Below, piece after piece: positions 9,886 through 22,276 of a DNA stretch of 55,340 nucleotides (the first letter of the stretch is position 1; every line of letters begins with the position of its first letter). This stretch comes from Meiothermus sp. (GTDB lineage Bacteria; Deinococcota; Deinococci; Deinococcales; Thermaceae). The stretch spans positions 1-55,340 of the forward strand of contig JANRLD010000038.1 in the NCBI GenBank assembly GCA_033762915.1. Reading direction: 5' to 3'. Below the pieces are notes generated by a model that saw nothing but the letters and a program-made list of their open reading frames with translations, was not told where the DNA came from and did not search any database. The translations under genes were made by a program, and so were the position numbers.

Positions 9886-11139
9886 TCAACCGCGCTTGAA
9901 CCTCGAGCGCAGCCCCTTCAGGCGTTCTCGCACCTTCTCCTCCCAGCCTTCGCCGGTGGCGTGGTAGAGCTCGAGGTTTCTCAGCTCGTCGGGCATATAC
10001 GGCTGGGCGAAGCTGCCCTCGGGGTCGTCGTGGTAGTAGGCGTAGCCCTTGCCATACCCAAGCCGGTTCATCAGCTTGGTGGGGGCGTTGCGGAGGTTGA
10101 AGGGAATCTCGGAGCTGGGGTGCTGCTGGGCGGCGCTCTGGGCAGCCTTCCAGGCGTTGTAGGAACTGTTGGACTTGGGGGCCAGGGCCAAGTAGATCAC
10201 CAGCTCGGCCAGGGCCAGTTCACCTTCCGGCGAACCGAGGAAGTCGTAGGTGTCCTTGGCCGCCATCGCCACCCGCATCGCGTTGGGGTCGGCCAGCCCG
10301 ATGTCCTCGACCGCCATGCGGGTCAGGCGGCGGGCCACGTAGAGCGGGTCGGCCCCGCCCTCCAGCATCCGGGCGAAGTAGTAGAGCGAGGCGTCCACGT
10401 GGCTGCCCCGCACGCTCTTGTGCAGCGCGGAGATCAGGTCGTAGAAGTATTCGCCGCCCTTGTCGAAGTTAAGGGTCCCGCTCCCCAGCGCCTCGCGGGC
10501 GGCCTCGAGTGTCACCCGCCCCTCGCCCAGCGAGGCCGCCAGCTCGAGGGCGCTCAAGGCCCGCCGCGCGTCCCCCATCGCGGCCTGGGCGATCAGCTCG
10601 AGGGCGTCGTCGGCCACCTCGGCCCGCAGGCCGTCCGGGTGCTCCAAGGCCCGTCGCAATAGTCGCGCAGTGACCTCCTCGTCCAGCGGTTTGAGCACGT
10701 AGACCCGCGCCCTCGAGCGCAGCGCGGGGTTAACCTCGAAGCTGGGGTTCTCGGTGGTAGCCCCGATCAGCGTCAGCAGGCCAGACTCGACGTGCGGCAG
10801 CAGCGCATCCTGCTGCGACTTGTTAAAGCGGTGTATCTCGTCCAGGAACAGCACCAGGTTTCCCTCGGCCTCGGCCCTGGCCACCAACTCCTTAATGTCC
10901 TTCACCCCCGCCGATACCGCCGAGAGCGCCACCATCTCCAGGCCCGCCCCCCGCGCCATCAACCGGGCCAGCGTGGTCTTCCCGGTTCCGGGCGGCCCCC
11001 ACAGCAGAAATGACGACAGGCGCTGGGTCTCGAGCATCCGACGCAGTGGCTTACCCGGCCCCGTCAGGTGCTCCTGACCCACAACTTCCTCGAGGGCTCT
11101 GGGGCGGACACGTTCGGCGAGCGGGGCGGAAGTCTGCAT
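9886..11139 (-). CDS. rarA: Replication-associated recombination protein A (RarA/MgsA AAA ATPase)
   Basis: [59 protein letters not shown]; the 902-aa ORF is over-extended upstream. Confidence 0.95.
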   Translation of the reverse strand: MQTSAPLAERVRPRALEEVVGQEHLTGPGKPLRRMLETQRLSSFLLWGPPGTGKTTLARLMARGAGLEMVALSAVSAGVKDIKELVARAEAEGNLVLFLDEIHRFNKSQQDALLPHVESGLLTLIGATTENPSFEVNPALRSRARVYVLKPLDEEVTARLLRRALEHPDGLRAEVADDALELIAQAAMGDARRALSALELAASLGEGRVTLEAAREALGSGTLNFDKGGEYFYDLISALHKSVRGSHVDASLYYFARMLEGGADPLYVARRLTRMAVEDIGLADPNAMRVAMAAKDTYDFLGSPEGELALAELVIYLALAPKSNSSYNAWKAAQSAAQQHPSSEIPFNLRNAPTKLMNRLGYGKGYAYYHDDPEGSFAQPYMPDELRNLELYHATGEGWEEKVRERLKGLRSRFKRG

Positions 11140-11285
11140 ATGCGGGGGCGGCAACCCTAAAGGCGGCTGCACAGACCAGTCTCTCCAGTCGGGCTGAGTG
11201 TAGGGGATAGCCAACGCTTCGTCTATCCTCCTGCTGTTGTTCGCCGCCGCTGCCGCCCCATACCAGCCACCTGCGCTCCGCCACC

Positions 11286-12545
11286 TCAAGCAATTCTGGG
11301 CCTCAGCCACATCGCCAGCGCAAAGGCTAAGACAAGCGCAATCAGGGGTGGCCCGGCCATCAAAAAGCGGAAGGCGGTCTGGGGGTCGGGGCCGGGGATG
11401 TCGCCGCTCACAAAGCCGAAGAGGGGCGTGAGCGAGGCCAGCACGACGCTGTTGAGCAGGCCGGAGAGCTTGACCACGGTCGCCGCCGAGCCGTAGATGG
11501 CCCCCTCGCGCCGCCGCCCGGCCCGCTCGGCATCGGCGTCTATCAGGCGGGCCAGCACCACGTCCTGCAGCACCACGATGCCCCCCACCGCGAAGCCCAG
11601 CGGCAGCCCCAGAACCAGAACGGTAGGGAGGCTGTCGGTAAACCACAGCGGCACCAGGGCCAGCGCGAACAGCCCCAGCGCCAGCAGCCAGCAGTTCACC
11701 AGGCCCAGCCTCCGGGCCAGCCAGGGCCAAGCCGCCGCAGAAACCAGGGCCGTCCCCAGCACCGCCCCAAAGATGAGCGCGATGTCGGAGTCGGGGCCGC
11801 CCAGCACGTACTTGTTGTAGAAGGGCAGCCCGGTGTTGATCACCCCCACCCCTACCTGCACCAGCGCCACCACCAGCAGCATGAGGGCGAAGACTGGGCT
11901 CTTGAGGGTATCGAGCAGGTTGGGGAGGAAGGGAGGGGGGCGCTCGAGCTGCGGGGCCGGGGGCTCGCGCAGGTTGGCGAAGTAGACCCCCAGGCAGGCC
12001 GCCGCCACCACCGCCCACAGCCCCACCAGCGCCCCAAAACCCATCCGGTCGAAGATCAAGGGGCTGAGTGTAGCCCCTGCGAAGATGCCCAGCAGCCCCG
12101 CCACCCGCCGTAGCGTGTTCACCCGCACCCGCTCGGCCTCCTCGGTGTAGAGGGCTGGGAACAAGGCGTTGTGGTTGAGGTAGACGACCGTGGTAGCGGT
12201 CTCGAAGAGCAGCAGGCCCACCAGCAGAAAGGCGAACAGCCCCCACTGCCCCCACCCCTCTGGGGCCAGCCACAGCGGGATCATTGCCAGAACGTAGAGT
12301 GGCAGCCCCGCCCGCAGCCAGGGCCAGCGCCGCCCCCGGGGGTGTCGGGTGCGGTCGGAGAGGTAGCCGCTGAGGGGGTCGTTGACGATGTCCCAGACGG
12401 TGTTGATGCCCCTGGCCAAGGCGAGGTACAAGAGCGCCAGGCCCAGCTGCTCGGAGAAGTAGAAGGTCAGGTAGGTGCCCACCACCTGACTCGGCAGGCT
12501 GAGCCCAAACTCGCCCAGCGCGTAGGCCCACGGCGGGGTTTTCAC
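11286..12545 (-). CDS. MFS transporter, GPH/MelB-like glycoside symporter
   Basis: About 12 TM helices; [23 protein letters not shown] and DAD...GRRREG.IYG; GTG start at 12545 is tentative. Confidence 0.85.
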   Translation of the reverse strand: MKTPPWAYALGEFGLSLPSQVVGTYLTFYFSEQLGLALLYLALARGINTVWDIVNDPLSGYLSDRTRHPRGRRWPWLRAGLPLYVLAMIPLWLAPEGWGQWGLFAFLLVGLLLFETATTVVYLNHNALFPALYTEEAERVRVNTLRRVAGLLGIFAGATLSPLIFDRMGFGALVGLWAVVAAACLGVYFANLREPPAPQLERPPPFLPNLLDTLKSPVFALMLLVVALVQVGVGVINTGLPFYNKYVLGGPDSDIALIFGAVLGTALVSAAAWPWLARRLGLVNCWLLALGLFALALVPLWFTDSLPTVLVLGLPLGFAVGGIVVLQDVVLARLIDADAERAGRRREGAIYGSAATVVKLSGLLNSVVLASLTPLFGFVSGDIPGPDPQTAFRFLMAGPPLIALVLAFALAMWLRPRIA

Positions 12546-12658
12546 AAGGCCTCGAGGGAGCCCTCGAGGGTGTGCGGCTCTGACATAGGCCCATTTTATG
12601 GTTTGTTTTTGTGAAGGCGTAAGAGACAAATCAGACCTTTAGAGCGCCGACCATCACG

Positions 12659-12847
12659 CATGGGTTCCCACCAACACAAAACACGCAGTGAGGCATACGG
12701 GTGGGAACCGCCGTCTGTTATACAAACCACGGTAATGACCTGTTCGCGTTTCCCATCATTACCTCCCTCGCGGCAGCAGGCAATTTACTCCCTGAAGTAA
12801 AAACTGCCCGCTTTAGCGCCGTAGGGAGTATGCGTATGAACCGCTCT
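12659..12847. repeat. Two adjacent MITE-like element copies (12659-12715 and 12743-12847)
   Basis: Perfect IR GGTTCCCACC (12663-12672) / GGTGGGAACC (12700-12709); the first copy aligns to the 23328 element and the second to the 40596 element. Confidence 0.5.
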
Positions 12848-12951
12848 GAGTGTTCAACGTGGGTACGCCGTCGCCGTGGTGAAGAAAAGCGCCCAAGTGG
12901 GTGTTGGTCCCTGTCAGACTTCACAGCTTCGCCCCGTATACTGGGTGAACC

Positions 12952-15339
12952 ATGCGTATTCTGGGGTTTTTGGGGCGGCTGTTGGCGGTCTTGGTGGTGC
13001 TGGCCGTAGTTGCGGGCATCGGGGGGTGGTTCTGGCTGCGGGGGGCCACGGTGGCACAGCACAGCGGGCGGCTGGCCCTAAAGGGGCTCTCGGCGCCGGT
13101 GGAAATGAACCGCACCTCAGAGGGGGTGCTGCACATCAAGGCCCAGACCGACGCCGACGCCTTCTTCGCGCTGGGGGTGGCGCACGCCCAGGACCGGCTG
13201 TGGCAGATGGAGTTCCAGCGGCGGGTGGGGGCTGGGCGGCTCTCCGAGGTGATCGGCAAGCAGACCCTGGAGCAGGATCGATTCCTGCGGACCTGGGGCT
13301 TCTACCGCGCCGCCGAGCAGGCCTACCGGGGCATCGACACCTACGCCAAAGGTGCGGTGGACGCCTATGTGGCGGGCGTCAACGCCTACCTCGCCACCAA
13401 CCCTCCGCTGCCCCTCGAGTTCCGGCTGTTGGGCTTCAGACCGGAGCCCTGGAAGCCGGCCGACGTGCTGGTGTGGGCGAAGATGATGTCCTACGACCTC
13501 TCCGGCAACTGGCGCGGGGAGCTGCGGCGGCTGGGGTGGGACGCCAAGGGCGTCTCGAGGGCTCGTCAAGCCCAGCTCTGGCCGGCCTACCCGCCCGACG
13601 CCCCCACCGTCCTGCAGACCGAGGACATGCCCGCCCCCCCCGCCGTCCCCACTGCCCTCTCGCAGCGCCCACAGACCGTGCCGGGGCTCTCCCGCGCCGA
13701 CGCCCGGTCCGCCGAGCAGCTCCTGCAGCTCGCGGCCTCGCTGCCGCAGAACCTCACTGCGCCGGGCGCGCTGACGGCGCGCTCGTCGAACAACTGGGTG
13801 ATCTCCGGGCGTCGCACCATGAGCGGCAAGCCGCTGCTCGCCAACGACCCCCACCTCGCCACCGGGGCGCCCTCGGTCTGGTATCTGGTCCACATGGAGG
13901 CCCCCACCTACAAGGCGATTGGCTCGAGTTTCCCCGGCCTGCCCGCGGTGGTGATCGGGCGCAACGCGCGCATCGGCTGGGGCGTAACCACCGTGGGGGC
14001 CGACGTGCAAGACCTCTACGTGATGCAGGAGGTGCCGGGCGGCTACCGCTACAAGGGCGCGACCGAGCCCTGGCAGGTGCGGCGCGAGGTGATCAAGGTC
14101 AAGGGCGAGGCCGACGTGGTGCTCAACGTGCGCTCCAGCCGCTACGGGCCGGTCATCAACGACGTGGTGCAGAACGCGGGGAGCAGGCCGCTCTCGCTGC
14201 GCTGGACCTCGCTGGACCCCACCGACACCACCATCGAAGCGTTCATCGGCATTGCCAAGGCCCAGAACTGGGCGCAGTTCAGGGCCGCCCTCGCCAAGTA
14301 TGCCGCGCCCAGCCAGAACTTTGTCTACGCCGATGTAGACGGCAATATCGCCTACATGGCCCCGGCCCGCTTCCCCATCCGCCGGGCGGGCCACGACCCC
14401 GACCGCCCCGTCCCCGGCGACGGCAATTGGGACTGGCAGGGCTACCTCCCGCAAGAGCAGTGGCCCCAGGTCCTCAACCCCAAGGAAGGCTTCATCGTGA
14501 CCGCCAACAACAAGGTCACGCCGCCCAGGGGCTACCCGCACCGGATCGCCACCGAGTGGGAGGAGCCCTACCGAGCTCAGCGCATCCGCGAGTTGATCCT
14601 GGCCGCCGAGAAGCTCACCGCCACCGACATGGCGGCCATCCAGGCCGACGTGACCACGGTCTTGTTTCGCGAGTTCAGGCCGATGCTCGAGATCCTGAAC
14701 CCCCTCACCGAGGGCAGCCGGGCCTGGAAGGAGCGGCTGCTGCGCTGGGACGGGGCCATGACCCTGAACAGCCCCGAGGCCTCGTTGTGGGCGGCCTGGT
14801 ACACCGAGCTGACCCGGCTGGGCGCCGAAGAGGTGGGCCAGCCCTTCTGGGAACAACCGCGTTTCGTGCTCGCGGCCATGCGACGCGGCGACCCGGCCTG
14901 CCGCACCGCCGACACCGAGACCTGCCTCGACTACGCCGCTCTGGCCCTGGACAAGGCCCTCGACCGCTTCGGCGGAAGCCCGCCGCCCTGGGGCCAGATC
15001 CACCAGGCCCAGTTCCCCCACGCAATCCTGACCGGCGTGCAGTACCTTAACCGCCTCACCGACCGCCAGATTGCCCACCCCGGCGACCGCTACACCGTCA
15101 ATCGGGGCACCTTCAACCCCGAGAACTTCAAGATGAACAACCACAGCTCCTACCGGCACATCCTGGACTTCGCCGACCTCGAGCAGAGCCGGTTCATCCA
15201 GCCGATGGGGATGAGCGGGGCGCAGCTCTCGGGGCAGTACGACTCGCTGCTGCGGCGCTGGGCTGGCGTGGACTACCTGCCCATGCGCATGCGGGAGAGC
15301 GAGTTCAAGGAGCGGCAGATGCTCGAGCCGGGGCGGTAG
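12952..15339 (+). CDS. Penicillin acylase / AHL-acylase family Ntn hydrolase (S45)
   Basis: HAQDRLWQM, nucleophile SNNW, PLLANDPHL, N-terminal TM/signal. Confidence 0.93.
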   Translation: MRILGFLGRLLAVLVVLAVVAGIGGWFWLRGATVAQHSGRLALKGLSAPVEMNRTSEGVLHIKAQTDADAFFALGVAHAQDRLWQMEFQRRVGAGRLSEVIGKQTLEQDRFLRTWGFYRAAEQAYRGIDTYAKGAVDAYVAGVNAYLATNPPLPLEFRLLGFRPEPWKPADVLVWAKMMSYDLSGNWRGELRRLGWDAKGVSRARQAQLWPAYPPDAPTVLQTEDMPAPPAVPTALSQRPQTVPGLSRADARSAEQLLQLAASLPQNLTAPGALTARSSNNWVISGRRTMSGKPLLANDPHLATGAPSVWYLVHMEAPTYKAIGSSFPGLPAVVIGRNARIGWGVTTVGADVQDLYVMQEVPGGYRYKGATEPWQVRREVIKVKGEADVVLNVRSSRYGPVINDVVQNAGSRPLSLRWTSLDPTDTTIEAFIGIAKAQNWAQFRAALAKYAAPSQNFVYADVDGNIAYMAPARFPIRRAGHDPDRPVPGDGNWDWQGYLPQEQWPQVLNPKEGFIVTANNKVTPPRGYPHRIATEWEEPYRAQRIRELILAAEKLTATDMAAIQADVTTVLFREFRPMLEILNPLTEGSRAWKERLLRWDGAMTLNSPEASLWAAWYTELTRLGAEEVGQPFWEQPRFVLAAMRRGDPACRTADTETCLDYAALALDKALDRFGGSPPPWGQIHQAQFPHAILTGVQYLNRLTDRQIAHPGDRYTVNRGTFNPENFKMNNHSSYRHILDFADLEQSRFIQPMGMSGAQLSGQYDSLLRRWAGVDYLPMRMRESEFKERQMLEPGR

Positions 15340-15534
15340 GCGCGCCAGAGGTTCATCACCCGCGCAGCCAGTCAAACCACCGCCAACTTCCCGCGCCCGC
15401 CGGAATGCCGGTGAGCGGGAGGGCAGAGGTGGCGGAGCGCCTGGAGTCCCTCCACACCGCGCGGACGTCCGTTCGGGCGCGAAGTTCAGGCCCAACATTC
15501 CTCACCGTGGGAAGAGTATGGACGGGAAACGCGA

Positions 15535-15966
15535 CTAGCAGCGCGGGTAGGTTGGGGCTCCGGCGTCGGCGACGTCGCTGCCGAAGTACATTCTCGAGAT
15601 ACCGGCCCAGTAGGCCGCCGTCTCGCACATCTTGCAGGCCCTCGAGGTCGAGTACAGCTCGCAGCCGCGCAGGTCGCGGCTGCCCAGCCGCCTGGCGGCG
15701 TCGCGGACGGCCTCCATCTCGGCGTGGGCGGTGGGGTCCTGGCTCACCACCACCCGGCTCGGCCCTTCCCCCACGATCCGCCCGTCCTTCACCACGACCG
15801 CGCCATAGGGCTGGTCACCCGCGCTCACCGCCTGCTGCCGCAGCTCGGCCGCCCGCCGCATGAAGGCCTGCTGCTGGGCGGAGGTGTACCTCGAAGGTTG
15901 GGCCAAGGCGGTATGCCGCAGGGCCGAAATACCGGCGATGATTTTCAGTGCCTTGCGCCGCTCCAT
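15535..15966 (-). CDS. Zn-dependent nucleoside/guanine deaminase with Tat-like signal peptide
   Basis: PYGAVVV, DPTAHAE, ACKMC; N-terminus MERRKALK...ALA-Q. Confidence 0.85.
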   Translation of the reverse strand: MERRKALKIIAGISALRHTALAQPSRYTSAQQQAFMRRAAELRQQAVSAGDQPYGAVVVKDGRIVGEGPSRVVVSQDPTAHAEMEAVRDAARRLGSRDLRGCELYSTSRACKMCETAAYWAGISRMYFGSDVADAGAPTYPRC

Positions 15967-15969
15967 CCC

Positions 15970-16644
15970 TCACCTCGCCCCGGCCTGCTCGAGGATGAGG
16001 GCCATCTCGGCGAAGCGGCGCTGCTTGGCAAGGGCGAGGGGGGAAGTTCTCGAGCGGTCCCCCAGGTTCACGTTTGCCCCAGCCTCCACCAGGGCCCGCA
16101 CCACTGCCGTGTGGCGGGGGCCGCCGTCACCAAGCACGATGGCCTCGATCAGCGCCGTCCAGCCCAGGTTGTTCACGTGGTCGAGCGGGGCCTTGGCCGC
16201 GATTAGGGCTCGAACCACCTCCAGGTGGCCCAGGTGTGCTGCGGCGATGAGGGCGGTGCCGTCGTAGGGGCTGGTGATGTTGCGGGGGCTCGAGCCGCCC
16301 TCGAGGCCGACCCGGATCATCTCCACGTCGTCCCGCACCGCCGCGATGGTGATGAGGTCGTAGCGCTGGCGGTCGAGGGCGTTGGGGTCGGCCCCCGCCC
16401 TCAACAGCGCGCGGGCGATCTGGTGGTGGCCCAGGTGCGCCGCAACCAGGAGCGGGGTGCGCCCGCGCTCGTCGCGGGCCTCGAGTGGCACCCCACCCCC
16501 GACCAGGCGACCGACCTCTTCAAGGTCGTTCTGCGCCACCGCTGCCATCAGCCCCTGGTAAGCCCGAAGCTCGGCCGGGCTCGGGGGTATCTGGGCCTGG
16601 ACGGTGGCCAGCAGCGTCAGCATCCCAAGCAGTACTGCCCTCAT
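15970..16644 (-). CDS. Exported ankyrin-repeat protein
   Basis: Repeated G-T[PA]L..AA..GH...V..L..AGA.N units; Sec signal ending VQA-Q. Confidence 0.9.
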   Translation of the reverse strand: MRAVLLGMLTLLATVQAQIPPSPAELRAYQGLMAAVAQNDLEEVGRLVGGGVPLEARDERGRTPLLVAAHLGHHQIARALLRAGADPNALDRQRYDLITIAAVRDDVEMIRVGLEGGSSPRNITSPYDGTALIAAAHLGHLEVVRALIAAKAPLDHVNNLGWTALIEAIVLGDGGPRHTAVVRALVEAGANVNLGDRSRTSPLALAKQRRFAEMALILEQAGAR

Positions 16645-16814
16645 AACGCCTCCCCTTCAACCGATTGCGGTTCCCCATTCTAAGTTGCGGAAGCCAGCCA
16701 AAAGCCACAGACCCCCAGACCCAGAGCCAGCCAGCCCATCAGGGCCAGGCCGTACCAGGTGGCGGGTGGCGCACGAGGCTCAGCTTAGTGCATCAAGCGA
16801 TGGACAGAGCGCGG

Positions 16815-17351
16815 TCAGAACAGCTTGGGGGTGCCGATCCAGACGAAGCGCACCTCCTCATCGGTGGCGTTGCGCCACTGGTGGCGCTGGCCGGACTTAA
16901 AGTGGGCAGTGTCGCCCCGCGACAGGGCGTGCTTTTTCTTGCCCAGCACCACCGTGAGCTTGCCCTCGAGGACGTAGATGAACTCCTCGCCAGCATGTTT
17001 GAGGGCCTCGGTCTCGTAGCGCGGCGGGAAGACCACCAGCATCGGCTCCAGGGCCCGATCCGGGGCCACCGATCCGATCCGGGCCAGGCGCATCTTGGAC
17101 TCAGCCAGGCTGAAATAGTGCTGATCCCCGGCCCGGCGCACGGGGGCGTCGGGCTCCTGAGACTGCAGAAAGTAGTTGATGTTGACCCCCAGCGCCTCGG
17201 CGATCTTGACCAGCGAGACCACCGTAATCCCGCTCTGCCCCCGCTCGACCTGTGACAAAAAGGGTACCGAAAGCCCCGACAGCCGGGACAGTTCGGTGAG
17301 GGTATAGTGAAGTTGCATTCGGCGGGCGCGGATCAGGGGGCCGACATTCAC
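16815..17351 (-). CDS. XRE-family HTH / cupin transcriptional regulator
   Basis: TL.ELS..SGLS..FLSQVERG HTH and H.GEEFIYVLEG cupin; GGAGG before GTG 17351. Confidence 0.9.
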   Translation of the reverse strand: MNVGPLIRARRMQLHYTLTELSRLSGLSVPFLSQVERGQSGITVVSLVKIAEALGVNINYFLQSQEPDAPVRRAGDQHYFSLAESKMRLARIGSVAPDRALEPMLVVFPPRYETEALKHAGEEFIYVLEGKLTVVLGKKKHALSRGDTAHFKSGQRHQWRNATDEEVRFVWIGTPKLF

Positions 17352-17648
17352 GGCAAACCTCCAGAGGCGAAATGGGGCGATGCACTGGGCTTGTTTTTGG
17401 GCTGATTGCAACTTAAGATTTTCATGGTAAGCTATCAAATAAAGTTAAGTAAGTCAAAGAAACTGTGGAGTCAGGGCGGTTTTCCTGTCCCTCCGCCGCG
17501 CCACCAGCGGGCAAGGATGCACCAATATACAAGGTAAAGCCCCTACCTCTATGACGCGCGCTACCATCAGGACGAATCCGACAACTCACCCGCAGTCGTT
17601 CCAGAAAAAAGCAGAGATGGCAGGGCTTGTGCTCACATGGAGGATGAT

Positions 17649-18662
17649 ATGAGGCGGCAAACAATGGCAGGTCAACCACGGCGGCTCGGCGTGCTGGCGC
17701 TCCTAGTTCTGGCGGTCTGTGTCGGCGGGGCCGCGCTGGCCCAAGGCACCCCCAGAACCATCCGGGTAGGACTCCAGGCAGGTGGCACCTTCAGCTGGGT
17801 GATTTACGCCATCGAGCGCTACGGAATTGACAAGCAACTGGGAATCGAGGTCAAGGAAGTCACCTACCCATCCAAGCCCGCCACCCAGCTCGCGCTCAGG
17901 AGCGGCGAGGTGCAGGTAACGGTGGACGACTTTATCGAGGCGGTGCGGATGCAGCAGCAGGGCATCGCGGCCAGGGCCGTCTACCCCTACAGCCTGGTAA
18001 CCGGCGGGGTGGTGGTCAAGGCCGACAGCCCCATCAAGACCGTGGCCGACCTCAAGGGCCGGGTGATCGGGGCGCAGAGCCTGGGCGACAAGAGCCTGCT
18101 GATCCTCCGCACCCTGGCGGTGGCCCGCTATGGCTTCGACCCGCAGAAAGACTCCAAGGTGGTCGCGGCAGCCCCGCCACTGATGGCCGAGCTGCTCAGG
18201 AAGGGCGACATCGAGGCCGGACTGCCTTTCTGGCATTTCGTGGCCCGCCAGGTCGCGACTGGCGAGTCCAGGGAAGTCATCTCGGCCGCCAATATGCTCA
18301 AGGAACTCGGCGCGCCCGCCGACCTCCCGCTGTTGCTAATCATCGCCCGCAACGACGCCAACCGCGACACCATCCAGCGCCTCCTGAAGGCAGTGCAGCT
18401 CGCCAACGAGAAGATGCGCACCACCGACAGCTTCTGGACTGAGATACTCGACAAAAATCTCTACGTTCTCCCCGACCGCTCCCTGATGCCCGCCGTGCGT
18501 CGCCGCTGGGAGGCCGGTCTGCCCAAGCGCTGGGACGCGGGCGTGGTGGTCGGGTTGACCAACTTGGTGCAGCGCATGGTACAGATCGCCGGGGCCGACG
18601 TGGTGGGCGTGAACCGCTTCGACCCCAGGGCCTACTCGACGGAATTCCGGCCCTTCGAGTGA
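17649..18662 (+). CDS. NitT/TauT-type ABC substrate-binding protein, PqqT (PQQ-binding)-like
   Basis: Signal peptide; GT.SW, DSPIKTVADLKG, DKS.L.LR, APPL and FW.F.AR motifs that I recall from PqqT; located in a PQQ dehydrogenase cluster. Confidence 0.75.
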   Translation: MRRQTMAGQPRRLGVLALLVLAVCVGGAALAQGTPRTIRVGLQAGGTFSWVIYAIERYGIDKQLGIEVKEVTYPSKPATQLALRSGEVQVTVDDFIEAVRMQQQGIAARAVYPYSLVTGGVVVKADSPIKTVADLKGRVIGAQSLGDKSLLILRTLAVARYGFDPQKDSKVVAAAPPLMAELLRKGDIEAGLPFWHFVARQVATGESREVISAANMLKELGAPADLPLLLIIARNDANRDTIQRLLKAVQLANEKMRTTDSFWTEILDKNLYVLPDRSLMPAVRRRWEAGLPKRWDAGVVVGLTNLVQRMVQIAGADVVGVNRFDPRAYSTEFRPFE

Positions 18663-18789
18663 GCGGGCGAGAAGCCGCGCTAAGGGCTGAGACCGGACGG
18701 CCAAAGGAAGACTACTCGTCCCGCCGCCCGACCGCTTTACCTTTATTCTGTACCCTGTTCGCTCCACCTTACCCCCTTCTTCTGCCCGA

Positions 18790-19593
18790 ATGGCCACCCT
18801 CACCGCACAGCCCACAACCAAACCCCGGCGCGACCTCTCGAGGGAGGTAGGGCTACGGGTGGTGTCGGTGCTCTCGATCTTCCTGGTGTGGCTGATCTTG
18901 TCCTGGGTGATGGGCCCGAAGGTGGTGCCGGGGCCAGTCGAGACAGTGCAGTTCTTAGCCAAGGAGCACAACGACGGGCGGCTGTGGTACCACATCGGCA
19001 TGACCATGTGGCGGGTGATGGTGGCCTTCGCCATCACCATGCTGCTGGGAACCATCATCGGGGTGCTGAGCGGGGCCTCCAAGACGCTGGACAAGTTGCT
19101 GGAGGCCTGGACGGTGACCGGGCTGGCGGTGCCGCGCATCCTGCCGGTGGTGGTGGCCTACCTGCTGATCGGGCTCAACGACACCGCCGCCATCACCGCG
19201 CTGGTGATCATCCTGGTGCCGCAGGTGGTGGTGCAGATGCGCGAGAGCATCCGGGCCATGGACACCAAGCTGCTCGAGATGGCCCGGGCCTTCCGGCGCC
19301 CCCGGCTGCAGGTCTGGCGGCAGGTGATCCTGCCCCAAATGGCCCCCTACCTGCTGGGCACCGCCCGCAGCGCTCTCTCGCTGACCTGGAAGATGGTGGT
19401 GTTTGCCGAGCTTCTGGGGCGCACCAACGGGGTAGGGTATCAAATCAACTTCTACTTCCAGATGTTCGAGATGCGCGGCATTCTGGCCTACGGCCTGGCC
19501 ATGACGGTGGTGCTGGCGGTGGTAGACCTAAGCATTCTTTACCTCAGCGAGCGCACCTTCCGCTGGCGGCGACCGGTGGAGCAGGTGATCTAG
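18790..19593 (+). CDS. NitT/TauT-type ABC transporter permease
   Basis: About 6 TM helices, EAA-like LLEMARAF, VVFAELLG...GVG. Confidence 0.9.
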   Translation: MATLTAQPTTKPRRDLSREVGLRVVSVLSIFLVWLILSWVMGPKVVPGPVETVQFLAKEHNDGRLWYHIGMTMWRVMVAFAITMLLGTIIGVLSGASKTLDKLLEAWTVTGLAVPRILPVVVAYLLIGLNDTAAITALVIILVPQVVVQMRESIRAMDTKLLEMARAFRRPRLQVWRQVILPQMAPYLLGTARSALSLTWKMVVFAELLGRTNGVGYQINFYFQMFEMRGILAYGLAMTVVLAVVDLSILYLSERTFRWRRPVEQVI

Positions 19594-21330
<1,737 letters not shown>

Positions 21331-21334
<4 letters not shown>

Positions 21335-21453
21335 CGCAGAAGAGACGAAGAGAGAAAGAAGTAGCAGACCAGAGAAGGCACGATGGCGGTCGCGACTCCT
21401 TTGCTATTTCGCCGCTTGTCGTTCTCTCCCCTTTGCCCCGGAGCCCCCAATGA
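21331..21453 (+). other. 40-codon spacer ORF coupling the ATPase and permease genes through ATGA overlaps at both ends
   Basis: ATG 21331 overlaps the upstream TGA; in-frame TGA 21451-21453 overlaps ATG 21450; flanked by CCCAATGACGCAG / CCCAATGACCCAG direct repeats. Confidence 0.5.
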
Positions 21454-22274
21454 CCCAGCCCGCCCCCTCCCCCCTCTCCCAGCTCGACGCCGTTTACGCC
21501 ATCTGGCTGCGCGAAATCAAGCGGGCGGTGCGGGACCGGGGGCAGTTGATCGGGGGGGTCAGCCGTCCGATTTTGTGGGTGCTGATCATGGGGATCGGGC
21601 TGAACCCGTACTTCCGGGGGGAGGTGTACGGGGAGGTTCGGTTCATCGTGCCCTACACCTACATTCAGTTCCTCTTCCCCGCCGTGATCGCCCTCAACAT
21701 CATGTACACCTCGGTGCAGTCGGCCATCTCGGTGATCTGGGATCGCGAGTTCGGATTCTTGCGCGAGGTGCTGGTTTCCCCGGCCAGCCGGGGCGCGGTA
21801 CTGCTGGGCAAGGTGCTGGGCGGGACCACCGTGGCCATCTTCCACGGCTGCCTGGTGCTGCTGTTGGCCCGATTCGCCGATGTGCCCCTGACCATCCCGC
21901 GGGTGCTCGAGGGTCTGGCCCTGATGGCCCTGCTGAGCTTCGGGCTGACCTCGCTGGGCATCGTGATCGCCAACCGGGTGCGCAGCTTCGAAGGGTTCGG
22001 GGTTTTCTCCAACCTGATCATCCTGCCGCTGTACTTCCTCTCGTCCTCGATTTTCCCGCTGGACCCGGCCCTGACCCGGGCCCAGGCCACGGTAGTGTAC
22101 CCCGAGTGGCTGGTGCTGCTGGTCTCTTGGAACCCCATCACCTACGCAGTGGACGCGCTGCGTGGGGCCCTGATCGGCTTCAACCAGTTCGACCCCGCGA
22201 TAGGGCTGCTGGTGCTCCTGGGGATGTGCGTGGTCTTCTTTAGCTGGGCCTTGTGGGAGTTTCGGAGCCAGTAG
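21450..22274 (+). CDS. ABC-2 type permease, PedC-like (PQQ alcohol dehydrogenase-associated)
   Basis: IWLRE...RP.LW, DREFGFLREVLVSP.SR, NPITYAVDALR. Confidence 0.85.
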   Translation: MTQPAPSPLSQLDAVYAIWLREIKRAVRDRGQLIGGVSRPILWVLIMGIGLNPYFRGEVYGEVRFIVPYTYIQFLFPAVIALNIMYTSVQSAISVIWDREFGFLREVLVSPASRGAVLLGKVLGGTTVAIFHGCLVLLLARFADVPLTIPRVLEGLALMALLSFGLTSLGIVIANRVRSFEGFGVFSNLIILPLYFLSSSIFPLDPALTRAQATVVYPEWLVLLVSWNPITYAVDALRGALIGFNQFDPAIGLLVLLGMCVVFFSWALWEFRSQ

Positions 22275-22276
22275 CC

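Noticed and set aside
9886..12594. 902-aa ORF suggesting a RarA fusion
   Set aside because: The N-terminal 485 codons are an alternate frame of the MFS gene and spacer; RarA homology starts at 11139.
12718..12759. SD-preceded mini-ORF MMGNANRSLPWFV as a leader peptide for the MFS gene
   Set aside because: It starts inside a MITE-like repeat end and has no regulatory codon pattern.
13117..15498. Long antisense and alternate-frame ORFs (also 42676..44715, 40645..42435, 34719..36224)
   Set aside because: Shadow ORFs of high-GC genes with no recognisable motifs.
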